A stretch of 63,909 bases of DNA, the filler included, from Octopus bimaculoides (lineage: Eukaryota), in NCBI RefSeq assembly GCF_001194135.2. It is 4 parts of 4 records of this genome, joined end to end, with 100 filler letters (N's around TTAATTAATTAA, not from the genome) between each part and the next. Parts side by side here need not be neighbours in the genome. Positions count along the whole stretch, not along the records: positions 1 to 30,877 come from NC_068989.1; 3 more parts are not named here. The stretch is one strand, 5' to 3'. The position numbers were made by a program, and so were the translations under genes. Each line of letters begins with the position of its first letter. Position 1 is the first letter of the stretch. This document shows, piece after piece, positions 1 to 13,089 of the stretch. The notes under the pieces were generated by a model that was not told where the DNA came from, ran no database searches, and saw nothing but the letters and a program-made list of their open reading frames with translations.

Positions 1-45
<45 letters not shown>

Positions 46-225
46 ATATATGTACATACATATATATATATATACACATATATATATGTATGTATATATA
101 AGTATATACAAATATGATGTATGTATATATATGTATATAAGTATGTATACAGTAGATAAGTATAAATGTAAATACATACTTATCTACATACAGAGAAGTG
201 CGCACGTTCACACACACTAAAACAC

Positions 226-267
<42 letters not shown>

Positions 268-435
268 TTATAGATACGTGTGTGTGTATATATATGTATG
301 TATATATATATGTATATACAAATATGTATGTATATATATGTATATATACAGAAGATAAGTATAAAAGTAAATACATACATACTTATCTACATACAAAGAA
401 GCGAGCACCTTCACGCACACGAACACACGTATATA
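1..435. repeat. Compound (TA)n/(TATG)n microsatellite array; representative of dozens of TA, CA, TAA, TAG, GATA and TC arrays in the window
   Basis: Directly visible. It explains the YIYI/HTHT low-complexity ORFs. Confidence 0.95.
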
Positions 436-795
436 AATGAAGCGGTGATAAACATAATGAAAATTAATCTCAATGTGGAAAAAGGCAAACATTTTCAAAT
501 TGTTATTTGTTGACTTATATAAAACTATCGTATTTGCTCAAGGCATCTTTATCGCCAGCCACCCCCATCACCTTCTTGCTGTCGTTGACAAGTTTTTTCC
601 GCGTTTTCTTTAGCAGTTACAGCAAAACTGATGTGATTTTCCCATTTCTAAACTGTTAAATTCCAACCAAGTTTGCTCACATATCCACTGAACGTTTTTG
701 TTTATATCCTTATTAATATACTTCCTATGAGTGTCTGACGACAACTATTTCTGTTACCGTAACCAGCAATATGAATTTATTATCCCCCTCATTCT

Positions 796-1015
796 TATTT
801 CTTTATTTCCCACAAGGGACTAAACATAGAGGGGACAAACAAGGACAGGCAACGGGATTAAGTCGATTACATCGACTCCAGTGCGTAACTGGTACCTAAT
901 TTATCGACCCCGAAAGGTTGAAAGGCAAAGTCGAGCTCGGTGGAACGTAACGGCAGACGAAATAGCGTTAGGCATTTTGCCCGGCGTGCTAAAGTTTCTG
1001 CCAGCTCGCCGCCTT
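796..1015 (-). mobile_element. tRNA-derived SINE family A (CORE-like central block)
   Basis: Reverse strand reads aaggcggcgagctggcagaa...gactttgcctttcaacctttcggggtcgataaattaggtaccag. More than 20 related copies occur in the window. Confidence 0.85.
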
Positions 1016-1079
1016 TATCCTCCTCTTTCTGCACATCACAATTCATTCACTTCGAACAAATCAGAATACACACACAGAC

Positions 1080-1160
<81 letters not shown>

Positions 1161-2397
1161 AATATAAGCAAAAACAACGAAGTGAGTGTTTTAAATCAAC
1201 CGGTCTTAAATAGCAGTTAGCTCCCTTTCATCTTAATAAATGGCATCTTTAATACAGTTCCGGGTACATTAAACCTGGGGTTAAAAAATAAAACCAGGGC
1301 TGGCCGTACCTTCATTATATGTTAATCATATGTCTGTTTATCAAGGAAAAGCAATTAGTATTATATTTAGAAAATAAAAATTCATTGATGCGCTATATAA
1401 ATCATCAGCCTATGGATACATGATATTCATCTTGAGCAGCAAAATCTTTGCGTGTAGGCAGTTTTTCAGAGCTTGCTCGAAAATTTTAATACCGACCGCA
1501 TATATCGGAGATTGTAGAAATTGCGTTTAACCTCCCGCGGCCCTCACATGGTGCAGACAGATTTTAGAGAGAGAAAGGCGAGTTAATTTTAGATTTAGTT
1601 TTCATTTTATTCATTTGTCTTTCTATAACTTTCTTCCTTATAATCTAACCATTAATACAGAATTGTAATTTATAGTCAATGTGGCCTATTTCTTTATTTC
1701 GATTCCTTTATTTGGTTATTTTTATTTTGATTGCAATTTTATTTCATCTGTCACTATATTGAAGGGGTTAGTTTTGTCTGTAAAATTTTGAAAACGACAT
1801 CACTAAGGGTGCGCATTATCCCGCAGAGTGAAATGTTAGGATGTTCTTAATGTCAGGCTTATAACCAAAGGAGGCGCATTTTACACCTTGGACGTGTGAT
1901 AATCACTACATAACACCTCACCAATGTACGCAAGGTGTAAAAATCTGTCGAAAGAATTGAAGTGATTTTAAATAATGTCGTTCGTTCCATCTTCTACCAT
2001 TTCTTCACACACAAACACACACAATCAGACACATACACAAACACACAAACACGCACACAAACACGCACGCACGCACACGCACATACACGCGCATATATAT
2101 ATATTCATACATACACACATACACACACGTGTTTACATATATATTTTCCGAGAAACGATATTATGAGCTTTGGTATATATATATATATATATATATATAT
2201 NNNNNNNNNNNNNNNNNNNNNNNNNNNNNNNNNNNNNNNNNNNNNNNNNNNNNNNNNNNNNNNNNNNNNNNNNNNNNNNNNNNNNNNNNNNNNNNNNNNN
2301 NNNNNNNNNNNNNNNNNNNNNNNNNNNNNNNNNNNNNNNNNNNNNNNNNNNNNNNNNNNNNNNNNNNNNNAGAGAGAGAGAGAGAGAGAGAGAGACA

Positions 2398-2708
2398 GGT
2401 GCAATGGCTCAGTGGTTAGGGCAGAGGACTCGTGGTCGGAGGATCGCGGTATTCGATTCCCACACCGGTCGTTGTGTGTGCTTATTGAGCGAAAACACCT
2501 AAAGCCCCACGAGGTTCCGGCATGGGGTGGTGGCGACCCACCTTGTACTCTTTCACCCCAACTTTCTCTCACTCTTTCTTCCTGTTTCTTGAGTAACGCT
2601 GCGATGGACTGGCGTCCAGTCCAGCTTGGAGGGGGGGGGGCATACACATACGCCATTGAAACGGGGAAACCGGGCCCATGAGCCTAGCTAGGCTTTAAAA
2701 TGGCGCAT
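2398..2708 (+). mobile_element. tRNA-derived SINE family B
   Basis: A box tggctcagtggt and B-box-like attcgattccc. The body is shared with the copy at 18583. Confidence 0.85.
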
Positions 2709-3728
2709 AAATTAAAAATATATATTATATGCATGTATATATGTATATACATATTCTTACATATTATAGATGTATGTGTGTGTTTCTGTGTATATATATA
2801 TCACTGAATGTACACACTAATGCAGGCATAGAGTAAAAGCACGTATATCTCAGGGGTCTGTACAGACCACACGCTCAAGCAAACTTGTATCATTAACACA
2901 TGTAGATATTGAAGACACCCTGGCTCGATAAAACAAACACAATAAATACCTCTAATAAGCACGCAGCGCACGCATAAACACAACGTAACTGGTACCTGGC
3001 CATGCATATTCGCATTAACCAACACTCTCGTTGAAGTTATACAAATACGCACACAGTAGTGCGTTTATAAAAAAAAAACAGTTATATTCAGCACTGATAA
3101 GGACAAAGGAAGTTGTTGTTGTTGTTGTTGTTGCTGTTTGTTTTTTTTTTTTCTCTTCTTCTTTCGTTCCTCATTTATCTTCGGATTCTGATATCTGCCT
3201 GGTTTGGCTAAAGCTGCACTATTTATTCGTATACTAACAGCTGCATGCAGGTAAATATCATCCGAACATCTGTTTCATTCTAACTATTATTCTTTGAATT
3301 CCTATATTGCAAAGACATTTCTATACATTTTTTATACATATCGATGAATATTCGATTGGATACACATTCCAGAAATGAGGAATAAAAAAAAATAATAATA
3401 ATAAAAAGAACAAAGTCAAACATACACCAGTTGTGTAACTATTAAACCAATCTTTTACAAAATATAAACGATTTAGAAGACTCGAGTTCAAACCCAACAC
3501 GTCTTAGCAGTGAAGAGGTAACGAATCCATGTCTCCTTGCTAGCATGCTTGCTTATCGATTGCTTATGGAAAAAAGGACAAAGAAAACTCCTAATCAAAC
3601 CAACTCAAATTCAAGAATGCTGCATTACACAGACATATTTCGGTTGATTCCATAACTACACTGGAATTATATTATTTTGTAGTGACGAAATTTTATTATC
3701 CAAGAAAGGATCTGGTCATGATCATCCT

Positions 3729-3778
<50 letters not shown>

Positions 3779-4142
3779 GTTGTTGTTGTTATTGCTGTTG
3801 TTATTATTATTGTTATCCAGAAGTGAGTTTTGTCATTGGAGATGATGAACAACAAGTACAAAAGCGACAATATGAACAATCACAATCAGAACCAGACTTG
3901 AAAAACTACAATAACAAAACACAATAACAATGTAAGACTTCTTATCGTCCACAGTTGGTCAAGTATGATAACATCTTTTCACATGCGCGGACAGAAATTT
4001 TTGAGACAGAATATCTGTTGACAATGCGCGGAAATCTCCTGTATCTACATCACTGAGCTTTCTTCAACGGAAAGGTCACCAAATTCCGCCGATACATTGA
4101 CACAGAAATCTTGCCCTGTTCTTTGACAATTCCATAGATCTA

Positions 4143-4328
4143 CAAATTTTGGCACGAGGCCAGCAATTGCGGGGTAGTGGTTAAGTTGATTACATCAAAC
4201 CCCAGTGCTTGACTGGCACTTTTTCTTTATAGCAAAATGCAAAGTTGGTCTCAGCAGTATTGAACGCGGAGTGCAGACAACAGGAACGAATATGACAACA
4301 TATTCTTAGCAATGCTCTAATGAATCTC
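4143..4328 (-). mobile_element. Diverged SINE family A copy
   Basis: Carries the family 3' signature caaattttggcacgaggccagcaatt...ccccagtgcttgactgg. Confidence 0.65.
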
Positions 4329-5629
4329 TATTTCCCTTCCTTCACACTAACTAAAGTTATAATTTTAAATGACGTGTGTAACTGACACCGAAAGCAACAT
4401 CAACAATAAAAAAACATCAATTAAAAACACTATAAAATAAGAAAAGAATACTGTATAATAACTACAGTATAAGCAGTAGCCGACTGGTGCTCGCTCTATA
4501 CAAATGTCTAAATATCTGTTGACAGTTTAGCACCTACGAAAAGACAGCAATTGCATCGACTTTCGGGTTGGTATGTCTCACTAAACCAACCGAGATACTA
4601 TAGCAGTTCAATTTAACTAGGTATTTTAATAAATGCAGTTCATTCACTCTTCTATGATGAATTGAAAATCGTCGACAGGAAGGTTACATCGTCAGTGTAT
4701 GTATTAACTGCAGGCGAAATTCTGTCAGTGTAAATTGGAGACAAAATGTGTATATAAGTTTTCTGCGTAGGACAGCTTATAATAGCAATGATATCCAAAT
4801 ATCTCCTTACAGCAGCTAATATGTTGAAATTATAAATGGTGACATATGTTTACGAGGAAAAGTCAAAAACGATTTATTCATTGCAAAGAAGTTGCATTAT
4901 TTTCCCTTCCCTAGCATCTATCAATATTGGATCAGCAGCACACTTCAGACCTCCAGTCTCATATCACAAAACTTAAAACTAGAAAAAAGAAAAAAAAAAG
5001 GACTAAATAAAATATAAATCTCAATAAAAAAAGAGCCCTCCACACAGATAAAGATTAATGATTGTTATCTGAATAGCAGCATTTATAATTCTGATATGGA
5101 ATCAAAGAACAATCATATTAGAAGTCTCTATTCTCCTCCATCCATTGAAAGTTATATCGATTTTCTTTCTATGTTACTTCGCATTAAGTTAGCGATTGAA
5201 CAAACTACGTGAACATAAATCAATACTAGACTGTTCGATAGTCTTGAATTGCAAAACTTCTACCTTTTGTGCCATTTCAAAAAGCATGTCATGTTGGTAC
5301 CGATAGCAATTTTTGGGATAGTAAGGATCCTTGCTTTCATTGGTTTTTCGCAAAGACGAATATTTAGAATGTATCAGATAATCGCAGCTTGATGCTTATA
5401 AAGCTACCACAAAACGTTATTGAATATACGACATTGTCAGCCCATGTCAATACAATAATAGCTTAAGTACAAAGTGCCAGCTTTCAAATGTCGGCAAATG
5501 ACATTTCATTCACTGTTCTCTCTCTCTCTCTCTGTCTCTCTCTCTCTCTGTTTCTCTGTCTCTCTCTGTCTCTCTCTCTCTCTCTTTCTCTGTCTCTTTC
5601 TCTCTTATTTCAGTATATAGACGGCAGTC

Positions 5630-5800
5630 AAGCTGGGTCACCGCTTGAACGAATCAACCCCATGATTAAATTTTATTTTATTTTATTTTATTACGCCGAG
5701 TACTTATTCTATCGGTAACTCTTACCGAAGTCTAAAAATGACGGGTACATAAACAAACCAACACTGCTTGTCGAGTGGTGGTGGGAGACCCACACAATAT
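5630..5800 (-). mobile_element. 3' part of SINE family D
   Basis: gagtacttattctatcggt...ttaccgaa...aaacaaaccaacac is the reverse complement of the 3' half of the 36520 copy. Confidence 0.6.
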
Positions 5801-5807
5801 ATACATG

Positions 5808-5851
<44 letters not shown>

Positions 5852-5856
5852 AATGT

Positions 5857-5926
<70 letters not shown>

Positions 5927-7334
5927 AAACACACACACACATATGTTTGTGTGCGTGCGTATGTGTATGTATGTGTGATAACCACGATATATTTCACCAA
6001 CAGCAGTAAAATACAAATAAACAAATAGTAATCTTTTCCAAGATATGAACTGAACTCGGAACGTCAGAAGGACAAAGAAACGCACTCAAAATATTCTGTA
6101 CTTCTGCTGCTTTCTATTGTTACACTTATTTATAGTTCAGTTGTACAGTATGCTTACAACTAAGTTTCAATTACAGCAATTACCAAGGGACAGAGTGAAC
6201 TGTATAGCTCTAGGCTGTCTGGTAACATAGTAACTTAGACTTTGAGAACATTTTATATTTCAGAAGTTAAATTGATATATCATTTATCGTATATCCGTCC
6301 AGATAAAATAAGGATGCTCTCAAACGTTAGATAATGACTTTTGACTATATATATGAAGTATACTCGGTATTTACAAGGAAGACATGATTGCGTTCATGCT
6401 ATCTTCTACCAGATATCGTTCAACACGGCTGCTACTTAATTGTTAATAGATTGAGGCAGTCCTGAATTATATATCATATGTGATATTAGAGATTATTCTG
6501 TCTTTAAATGCACGCATACGCGCATACACTCTCACACTTATATCAATGCAAATATGTGCACACGATTTCAGCAAGTTTATTTTAGCATAGTACTTATGCA
6601 TAATTGTATATGTCACGCATACACACACACACACACTCAATTACACATACTTTCATGTAAACGACGGACGTGCATACATTTAAGAAACTATATAGACATA
6701 CATATTTATCTATCTATTTATTTATCTATGCATCAATCAATCTATCTATTTATCTACGATAAAAAGATGATTAAATACTTTACAGAGACACACATATAGT
6801 GAAACATGATGAGTTACTTTTATACATAGATACATAATTAGGTCTACAAACACACGCAGAAATATATACTGAAGCATATAGCAAATGTATTTGATATATT
6901 TTTGCCGGTATTAAGAAGTAATCGATAGATCATTCTATTTACCGATCTCTTCTTCCGACTTCACTCTTCTTCTGCGCTATTTACGTTCCAAAGCTGCTCA
7001 TTAGTAACAATTCTACCCATAAGCTTTTTACATTAGTGTTGCATCCACCCTGTTCGGTCAATTTGCGTGTTTAAAATCTATCTCTACCTTCCAGCAGCAG
7101 CAAAAATCATACAGCTTAGTTTATTTTGTTTTATTTCTTTCTCCACTACACAAGGAAGAAGAACTAAAACTATTGATTCATTGAGTCGTTTTGGAGAATA
7201 TTATTTTTATCTCAATTCTATCAGAATGTCACTTTTTTGTTGTAAAATTGCTAGAGGAAACGTTTTTTATTTCCTGCGAAATACTTCATTTTAAAGATTG
7301 AAAAAATTTAATAATAATAATGATTTATAATTTA

Positions 7335-7526
7335 GTCACGAAACTAGGAGCCTTGAGAAGAGGGAATAGTGGACGCCATCGACTCCATTGCTTAACTAGT
7401 TTTTAGTTGACTGACACCCCAGAGGGATGAAGAATGCAAAGTTTACCTCCCTGGGAATCAAACGAGGACGTTAAGAGTTGGAGCGTAATACTGACTGTTT
7501 ATTGATTCTGCTAGTTCTCTGCCTTC
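7335..7526 (-). mobile_element. Diverged SINE family A copy
   Basis: Contains catcgactccattgcttaactag, gacaccccagagggatgaag and tgattctgctagttctctgcctt. Confidence 0.6.
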
Positions 7527-7867
7527 GTTAGTGATTGTAATTTATGGCCAGTTTCCAGGGAATGTTGTGTGTCGCTACCATCGACCCCACTTGTCGACCA
7601 CCACTTTATTTCTTAGACAAGAAAAGGACGAAAAACTAAGTTGATCTAGGCGAGAACTGGGCTTATAACATAAAGATGCAGAACATTACTGCAATCATTT
7701 TGTCGGCTGCTCTAACCTTTCTTCTCGTCCATGAATTAATTGTTAAGATATAGAAGAATTCTGTACTATATTTGTATCAACTCTTTACGTTCTGAGTTCG
7801 AAATCTTCTGCTTTTCATGCTTTGGGATTGATGAAATAAGTGCCAGTGAAACCAAAAAGGCATCAAA

Positions 7868-8088
7868 GGTCCTTCCCGAGCCGTAGGCTCATAAGGCAGG
7901 TTTCCCAGATTCTCTTCTATATATGTTTCCCATAAGAAACCGTTTACTCATTTTTGCCAGCTGAGTGGGCGGAGCAACGTGAAGTGAAGTGCTTTGTTTA
8001 AGAACACAGTTATCGCTTGGGCCAGGATTTGAAACCACAGTTTTATGATCATAATTGTAAGGCCCTAACTGCTAAGCCACGCACCTCC
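7868..8088 (-). mobile_element. tRNA-derived SINE family C (related head to family B)
   Basis: Reverse strand starts ggaggtgcgtggcttagcagttaggg...tggtttcaaatcctgg. Related degenerate copies are at 37545-37800 and 47605-47870. Confidence 0.7.
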
Positions 8089-8359
8089 TTAACATTTAAA
8101 TAAGAGGTACGATTTAATGGAGTAATTCCCATCCCTCTAAGATACTCGTTTAAAAGAAGAGTACATTGTAAAAATAATTAGTGAAATGGGAAAATGTGTT
8201 GTTATTTGCTCCAGTTCAAATCCCACTAATAACAGATTTGTCTTTTACTTATCTGTTAGCGATAAAATATTTAACCAGTTAAGTACAGAACTTGATATGG
8301 TTGATATTTTCCCTCCTTTAATCTGAGAACTTGTGCCTATCTGACAGATTATAACGTGC

Positions 8360-8550
8360 GGGAGATTGTTAGAGTACCAGGCAGTGTTTGCTCTGTTGTT
8401 TTTTGGTGATTTGAGATAAAATCCCGCTGAAGTTTACATTTGCTGATATTTATTTGGGTCGATAAAATAAAGTGGCAACCCTGAAGAGGGATCGATGGAA
8501 TTTACTAAAATCCCTCCTGCAAAATTTAATATTTTCTGCCTAGAATCAAA
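8360..8550 (+). mobile_element. Diverged SINE family A copy
   Basis: Contains gattgttagagtaccaggc, gggtcgataaaataaagt and gatcgatggaatttact. Confidence 0.55.
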
Positions 8551-8741
8551 AGAATTTCCGTTAGGCCTTCGGAAAAAGTATTTTTCTATATCTCTTTGCT
8601 AATTCTTTACATTTTGGGTTCAACCCCCGCTCAGGACAAGGTTGCTTTTTATCCATTCAGGGTCGATACTATCTGTTAGCCCTTCAAATCCGTTGACCTA
8701 CTTAAATCTGAAATATGTAATACTGTTAACAGCAACAGGAA

Positions 8742-8810
<69 letters not shown>

Positions 8811-9220
8811 CAGCAGCAGCAGCATTAATTATATTTGCTGTTCTTGTTGTGATATACATTTAATGGTTTCTTACCAAGTTTTACGCTTTCCTACCTGATG
8901 AGCTTCCGTGCATCTGAATTTTGTTTCTTGCTAATTTAATGGCAGGTAAACATTTTGATTGACAATTTAATGTTTTATCCCGTCTCTGTCTACACTCAAC
9001 ACACGCACACATATACATACACATACGCACACAGCCACAGATAAACACACACATACACAGCCAAACATACACACACATACAACCACAGGCACACATACAC
9101 ACATGCACAGACGTGCACGCGTGTGTATGTGTGTGTTCGTATCTGTCTTCACTTGCTTATTTTGTTATAGATATTTAAAGTATGTGAACAAAAAACATAC
9201 TGCATAAATTGTAAGATGCG

Positions 9221-9265
<45 letters not shown>

Positions 9266-9937
9266 AGTTGTTGTTACTGCTGCTGCTATGAGATTTTTTA
9301 AATATTACATTAAAAGGACTGTGTACCCGGATGTGTGTCAATAAGAACACGTAACCATTCTGAAAAGAAACTAGCGTAAAGTATGCGTTATAATTATAAG
9401 AGTTAATTTCGTTGTTACTCTTGATAGTCCTTTGACAGTTTAGCCCCAGGTCAAATCAATTCAATCAATCCTATGAATCAAATCATTCCAGCTAAAACCA
9501 TCCTGTCTTTATGTCAGATATAGTGTATCTATAGATATATTTTCTAATGTGTTCTGTCCTATTTTCAAAATATGGCAGTGTAAGATTTGAGCAATAGTTA
9601 GTGACTATTTCTGTTTCGCTGAGGTTGACCGACCATGAAAAAGACTCCTTCGTATGTCTAGTTTATTTGTTTTTGCTGTTCTTTTTTTTTTGCGTTCTTT
9701 TACGTTTACAGTTTATTGATTTTTTTTTCAGATTCTTTTGTACTAAACTCATAAATCTCATCAGTAGCAGCAGCAGCAACGGTAGCAGCAGTAGCAACCT
9801 TCTTCAATTATTGTTCGCCCGGTTGCTATTAATAATAATAGTGCTAAGACAAGTCTATTAATGTACTATACGTCTGTCTGTACATATATATTTATTCCAA
9901 CATTTCGCAGTATTTCTCGTTATTATATTTCATGTAA

Positions 9938-9983
<46 letters not shown>

Positions 9984-10418
9984 TAGTTGTTGTTGTTGCT
10001 GCTGCTATTACTGCAGCGCGTATGCAAGTTATAAGCCGTTAGGCCCACCAAGGTTGCTTGGAAAGTAGGGAGAATTCCGGATAGTTGGTTTAAAAAAACA
10101 AGACAGTCAAAGGGTCAATGAACACAACATACATGATATATCCATTTATTCTTTTACCTTTATTCATTCATTAGACTGAGGCCATGCTGGAGCCTATTAA
10201 GCCTATTAAGTCTAGTTGCACTCTAAACTGTGACGAAAGCAGCTCAGTAGGGGTTGGCAAATTTTAATAGAAAAGCTTAATGAATGAGTTCCTTGAATTC
10301 GTGACAATCTTTCGCATCAACTTCTGCTATCAAGGTTTCTAGCAAGTATATCTAGCTGTTGGATCCCGTAAGTTGAAGCCGACGGGAGAATACAGCACCA
10401 TGCATGCATACATACATA

Positions 10419-10457
<39 letters not shown>

Positions 10458-10689
10458 GATAAATGCGAAATCTAATTTCTGTGTGACAGTGTATCACACT
10501 TGCACCCTCACTCTCTCACTATTCAATGACATGACTGCTATTCCTCGTGCTGGGGTGAGAGTACTAGTAGGCATAGAGACGGTGAGGGTGGTGGTGAACA
10601 TAGAATGAGCGAGAGAGAGAGAGAGAAAAGGAGAGGGAGAGAAAGAGTGACAAAGAAATTTAGGGAGCGTTGATGAAGTTTTATTTAAA

Positions 10690-10801
10690 GTCGTAAGTCT
10701 TAACCACTACGCCGTATGTTCACGGGCATATGGCCTAGTGGTTAAGAGCGCGGGCTACTAACCCCAACATTCCGAATATGATTTCAGGCAGTGAACTGAA
10801 T

Positions 10802-10875
<74 letters not shown>

Positions 10876-11015
10876 CATCGGAAATATACCTTAGGAATGA
10901 GAAACCAAGTTCGAAATTCCCCTAGAACACCTGATGAAGGCTGGAGGGTATATGAGCCGAAACGTTGTGTTAACAATTAACAAGATGAGGGAAAATATCC
11001 GTCAAATGTAAATAA
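10690..11015 (+). mobile_element. tRNA-headed element (family E) with inverted 5' duplication, (TAA)n spacer and hammerhead-containing 3' part
   Basis: A box tggcctagtgg at 10731, tRNA-like arm to about 10790, (TAA)n at 10805-10870, hammerhead at 10926-10971. The tail is shared with 28073-28142. Confidence 0.75.
10926..10971 (+). ncRNA. Minimal type-I hammerhead ribozyme motif (canonical core)
   Basis: aacac-CTGATGA-a-ggct[ggagggtatatg]agcc-GAAA-cg-T-T-gtgtt: stem I 5 bp, stem II 4 bp, palindromic ACGT stem III. Activity is untested. Confidence 0.75.
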
Positions 11016-11020
11016 TAAAT

Positions 11021-11218
11021 CTTTTCTATTCACAAGGCCCGAACGTTTCGGGGAGGGCGCTTGTCGAGTAGATCGATCCCAGTACGCAACTGGTACTTAA
11101 TTTATCGACCCCGAAAGGATGAAAAGCAAAATCGACGTCGGCGGAATTTGAACTCAGAACGTAAAGACGTGTGAACGTTTCTGCCGGCGTGCAAAAGTTT
11201 CTGCCAGCTCGCCGCCTT
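11021..11218 (-). mobile_element. SINE family A copy (CpG-intact)
   Basis: tcgaccccgaaaggatgaaa...ctgccagctcgccgcctt. Confidence 0.85.
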
Positions 11219-11576
11219 AATATAATATACTAAATGTGAATGTCAATGTGTCAGTGTTTCACCCTTTTTCAACTTTACTCCTGGAGGCCGTAGCCCAACA
11301 TATCATATCATTTTAGAATCAGCATGACTCCGTGAATCCGGAAATTTTTGTATTCCTAACTTTTCATTTCCGTGATTGTTTTCGGCAATATTGTATGTGA
11401 CTTTTTCGACAAATTTTTTTGTAGGATAGCAATTTTTATAATCTAAAGGCCAAATCTATGAGTAAATTAAAAACATACCGGACCGAATCTGGAACTGCAA
11501 TCCTGAAAGTTTGGATTCTTATGGTTTTCCATTGCTGCTATTGTTTTCGGCGATTTTTTCTTACATGATTTTTTAC

Positions 11577-11660
11577 GACGAATATGATCTTCATTGGGAT
11601 ATGACTCTGGAGGAACCAATTGTAACAAATTCTCCAAAACAAGTCAGAGATCTGTTTGCA
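11577..11660 (+). mobile_element. Helitron Rep/helicase coding fragment
   Basis: Translation DEYDLHWDMTLEEPIVTNSPKQVRDLFA resembles the HWDxTLEEAxxxxSPxQLRxLFA segment of Helitron RepHel proteins (recognised by eye). Confidence 0.5.
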
Positions 11661-11780
11661 GATCTTCCCATTCGGGGTCAGTTGCTTAAAAGCTATATAC
11701 TAGCCTAAAAACCGCCCTATCGGGAGTCTTTAAGCTATTATGTATGTATGTATGCATGCATGTATGTATCTCTCTCTCTC

Positions 11781-11840
<60 letters not shown>

Positions 11841-11843
<3 letters not shown>

Positions 11844-12046
11844 CGGAGATGTACTTGCATAGCAAGTGACCTGATCTGAAATCGTGTGCTGGAACGAAAA
11901 CAATTGCAGCGTGGAAGGTGTTTATAAGCCATTTAAGAAACACACAAAAAACCGTTAGATTCACTTCAACATTGAAATTTAGTTTGCCAAAATATTTTCG
12001 TCGCTTTCAGACCACGACCTGCTCACTGACAAAATTCCGTGCTGCA
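11841..12046 (-). mobile_element. Short repeat family F (Penelope pLTR-like) with variant hammerhead at its 5' end
   Basis: High identity to 46968-47237. Abuts (TA)n. Confidence 0.75.
11983..12033 (-). ncRNA. Minimal type-I hammerhead motif with G3-C8 swapped core
   Basis: Reverse strand: tttgtca-GTGAGCA-g-gtcgt[ggtctgaaa]gcgac-GAAA-atat-T-T-tggcaaa. Stem I 7 bp, stem II 5 bp, AATATT palindrome. Confidence 0.65.
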
Positions 12047-12365
12047 TCTCGATCCACGTGGTTACACAGCGAGTTTCTTAATCATGCAACATTCCCTGTA
12101 CCATATAAGAAACGATTCCCAATGTAATTTTATCTCTTGCTATTTTCCTTTCTTCATTTATCATGCTGTACGTTGACGTTTTCCACAAATTCATTACATA
12201 GTGCTCGTTTACTATCTTCTTGGATTTTTTTCTATTTTCGTGTCAAGCATATTTATTCCTATTGTTTACGCCCGTCCATATCACAGAGGACTCGGTTTCT
12301 CTTACATATTTTCTCTTTTAGCTAAGCATATGAATCTTCTTTCTTTTTTGTTTCCACATTCATAC

Positions 12366-12411
<46 letters not shown>

Positions 12412-13039
12412 TAGCTATTGATGTTTCCAGCTATACATATATGTGTTTATAGCTATTTTTGATAATTGACCTTAGCCCTATAATTGCACACTTTGAAATA
12501 TATCCATGCTTCTAAACTTCAATTATGTTACTTAAAAGCATTACATTCGATGTAACCTATTAAGCAGAGATAAAATCGGTGGTGGAGCGGTGAGCTATTT
12601 TCCTGAGTTTCTTTTTCATCCATTAAGTAGCCCTTAACAAATTTCTAGTTAACTTTATTGTCCAGACGTTAATCCTTTGAGTAGCATTCGTTTGATGTAG
12701 CCGCCGCTTCTGATACTATTCTATAATCGTATAATATAGCCTCCAAAATTACCGTTCATTTTATTAGCCAATCTCGTGCTCCCAAGACTTACGCTTCTAT
12801 TTATTTTTGAAACAAGAAAATGAAAATTTCACATATCGGAAAAGGGCAGAAACGTAGAACAAATCAAAAGCTGTTCTTACTGGTCATCTTTTTATCGATA
12901 TTATTTAGGCAACTTATTTTTTCTCATCCTAAAGTTTTCATTTGTCAATATGTATACACACACACACACACACGCGCGCACACACACACGTATATATACA
13001 TATATACACATATATATGTATACATATGTGTGTGTCAGT

Positions 13040-13083
<44 letters not shown>

Positions 13084-13089
13084 TGATAA

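Noticed and set aside
3230-3256. TACTAAC-AG...CAG|GTAAAT micro-exon
   Set aside because: The branch-like motif is too close to the AG and there is no supporting context.
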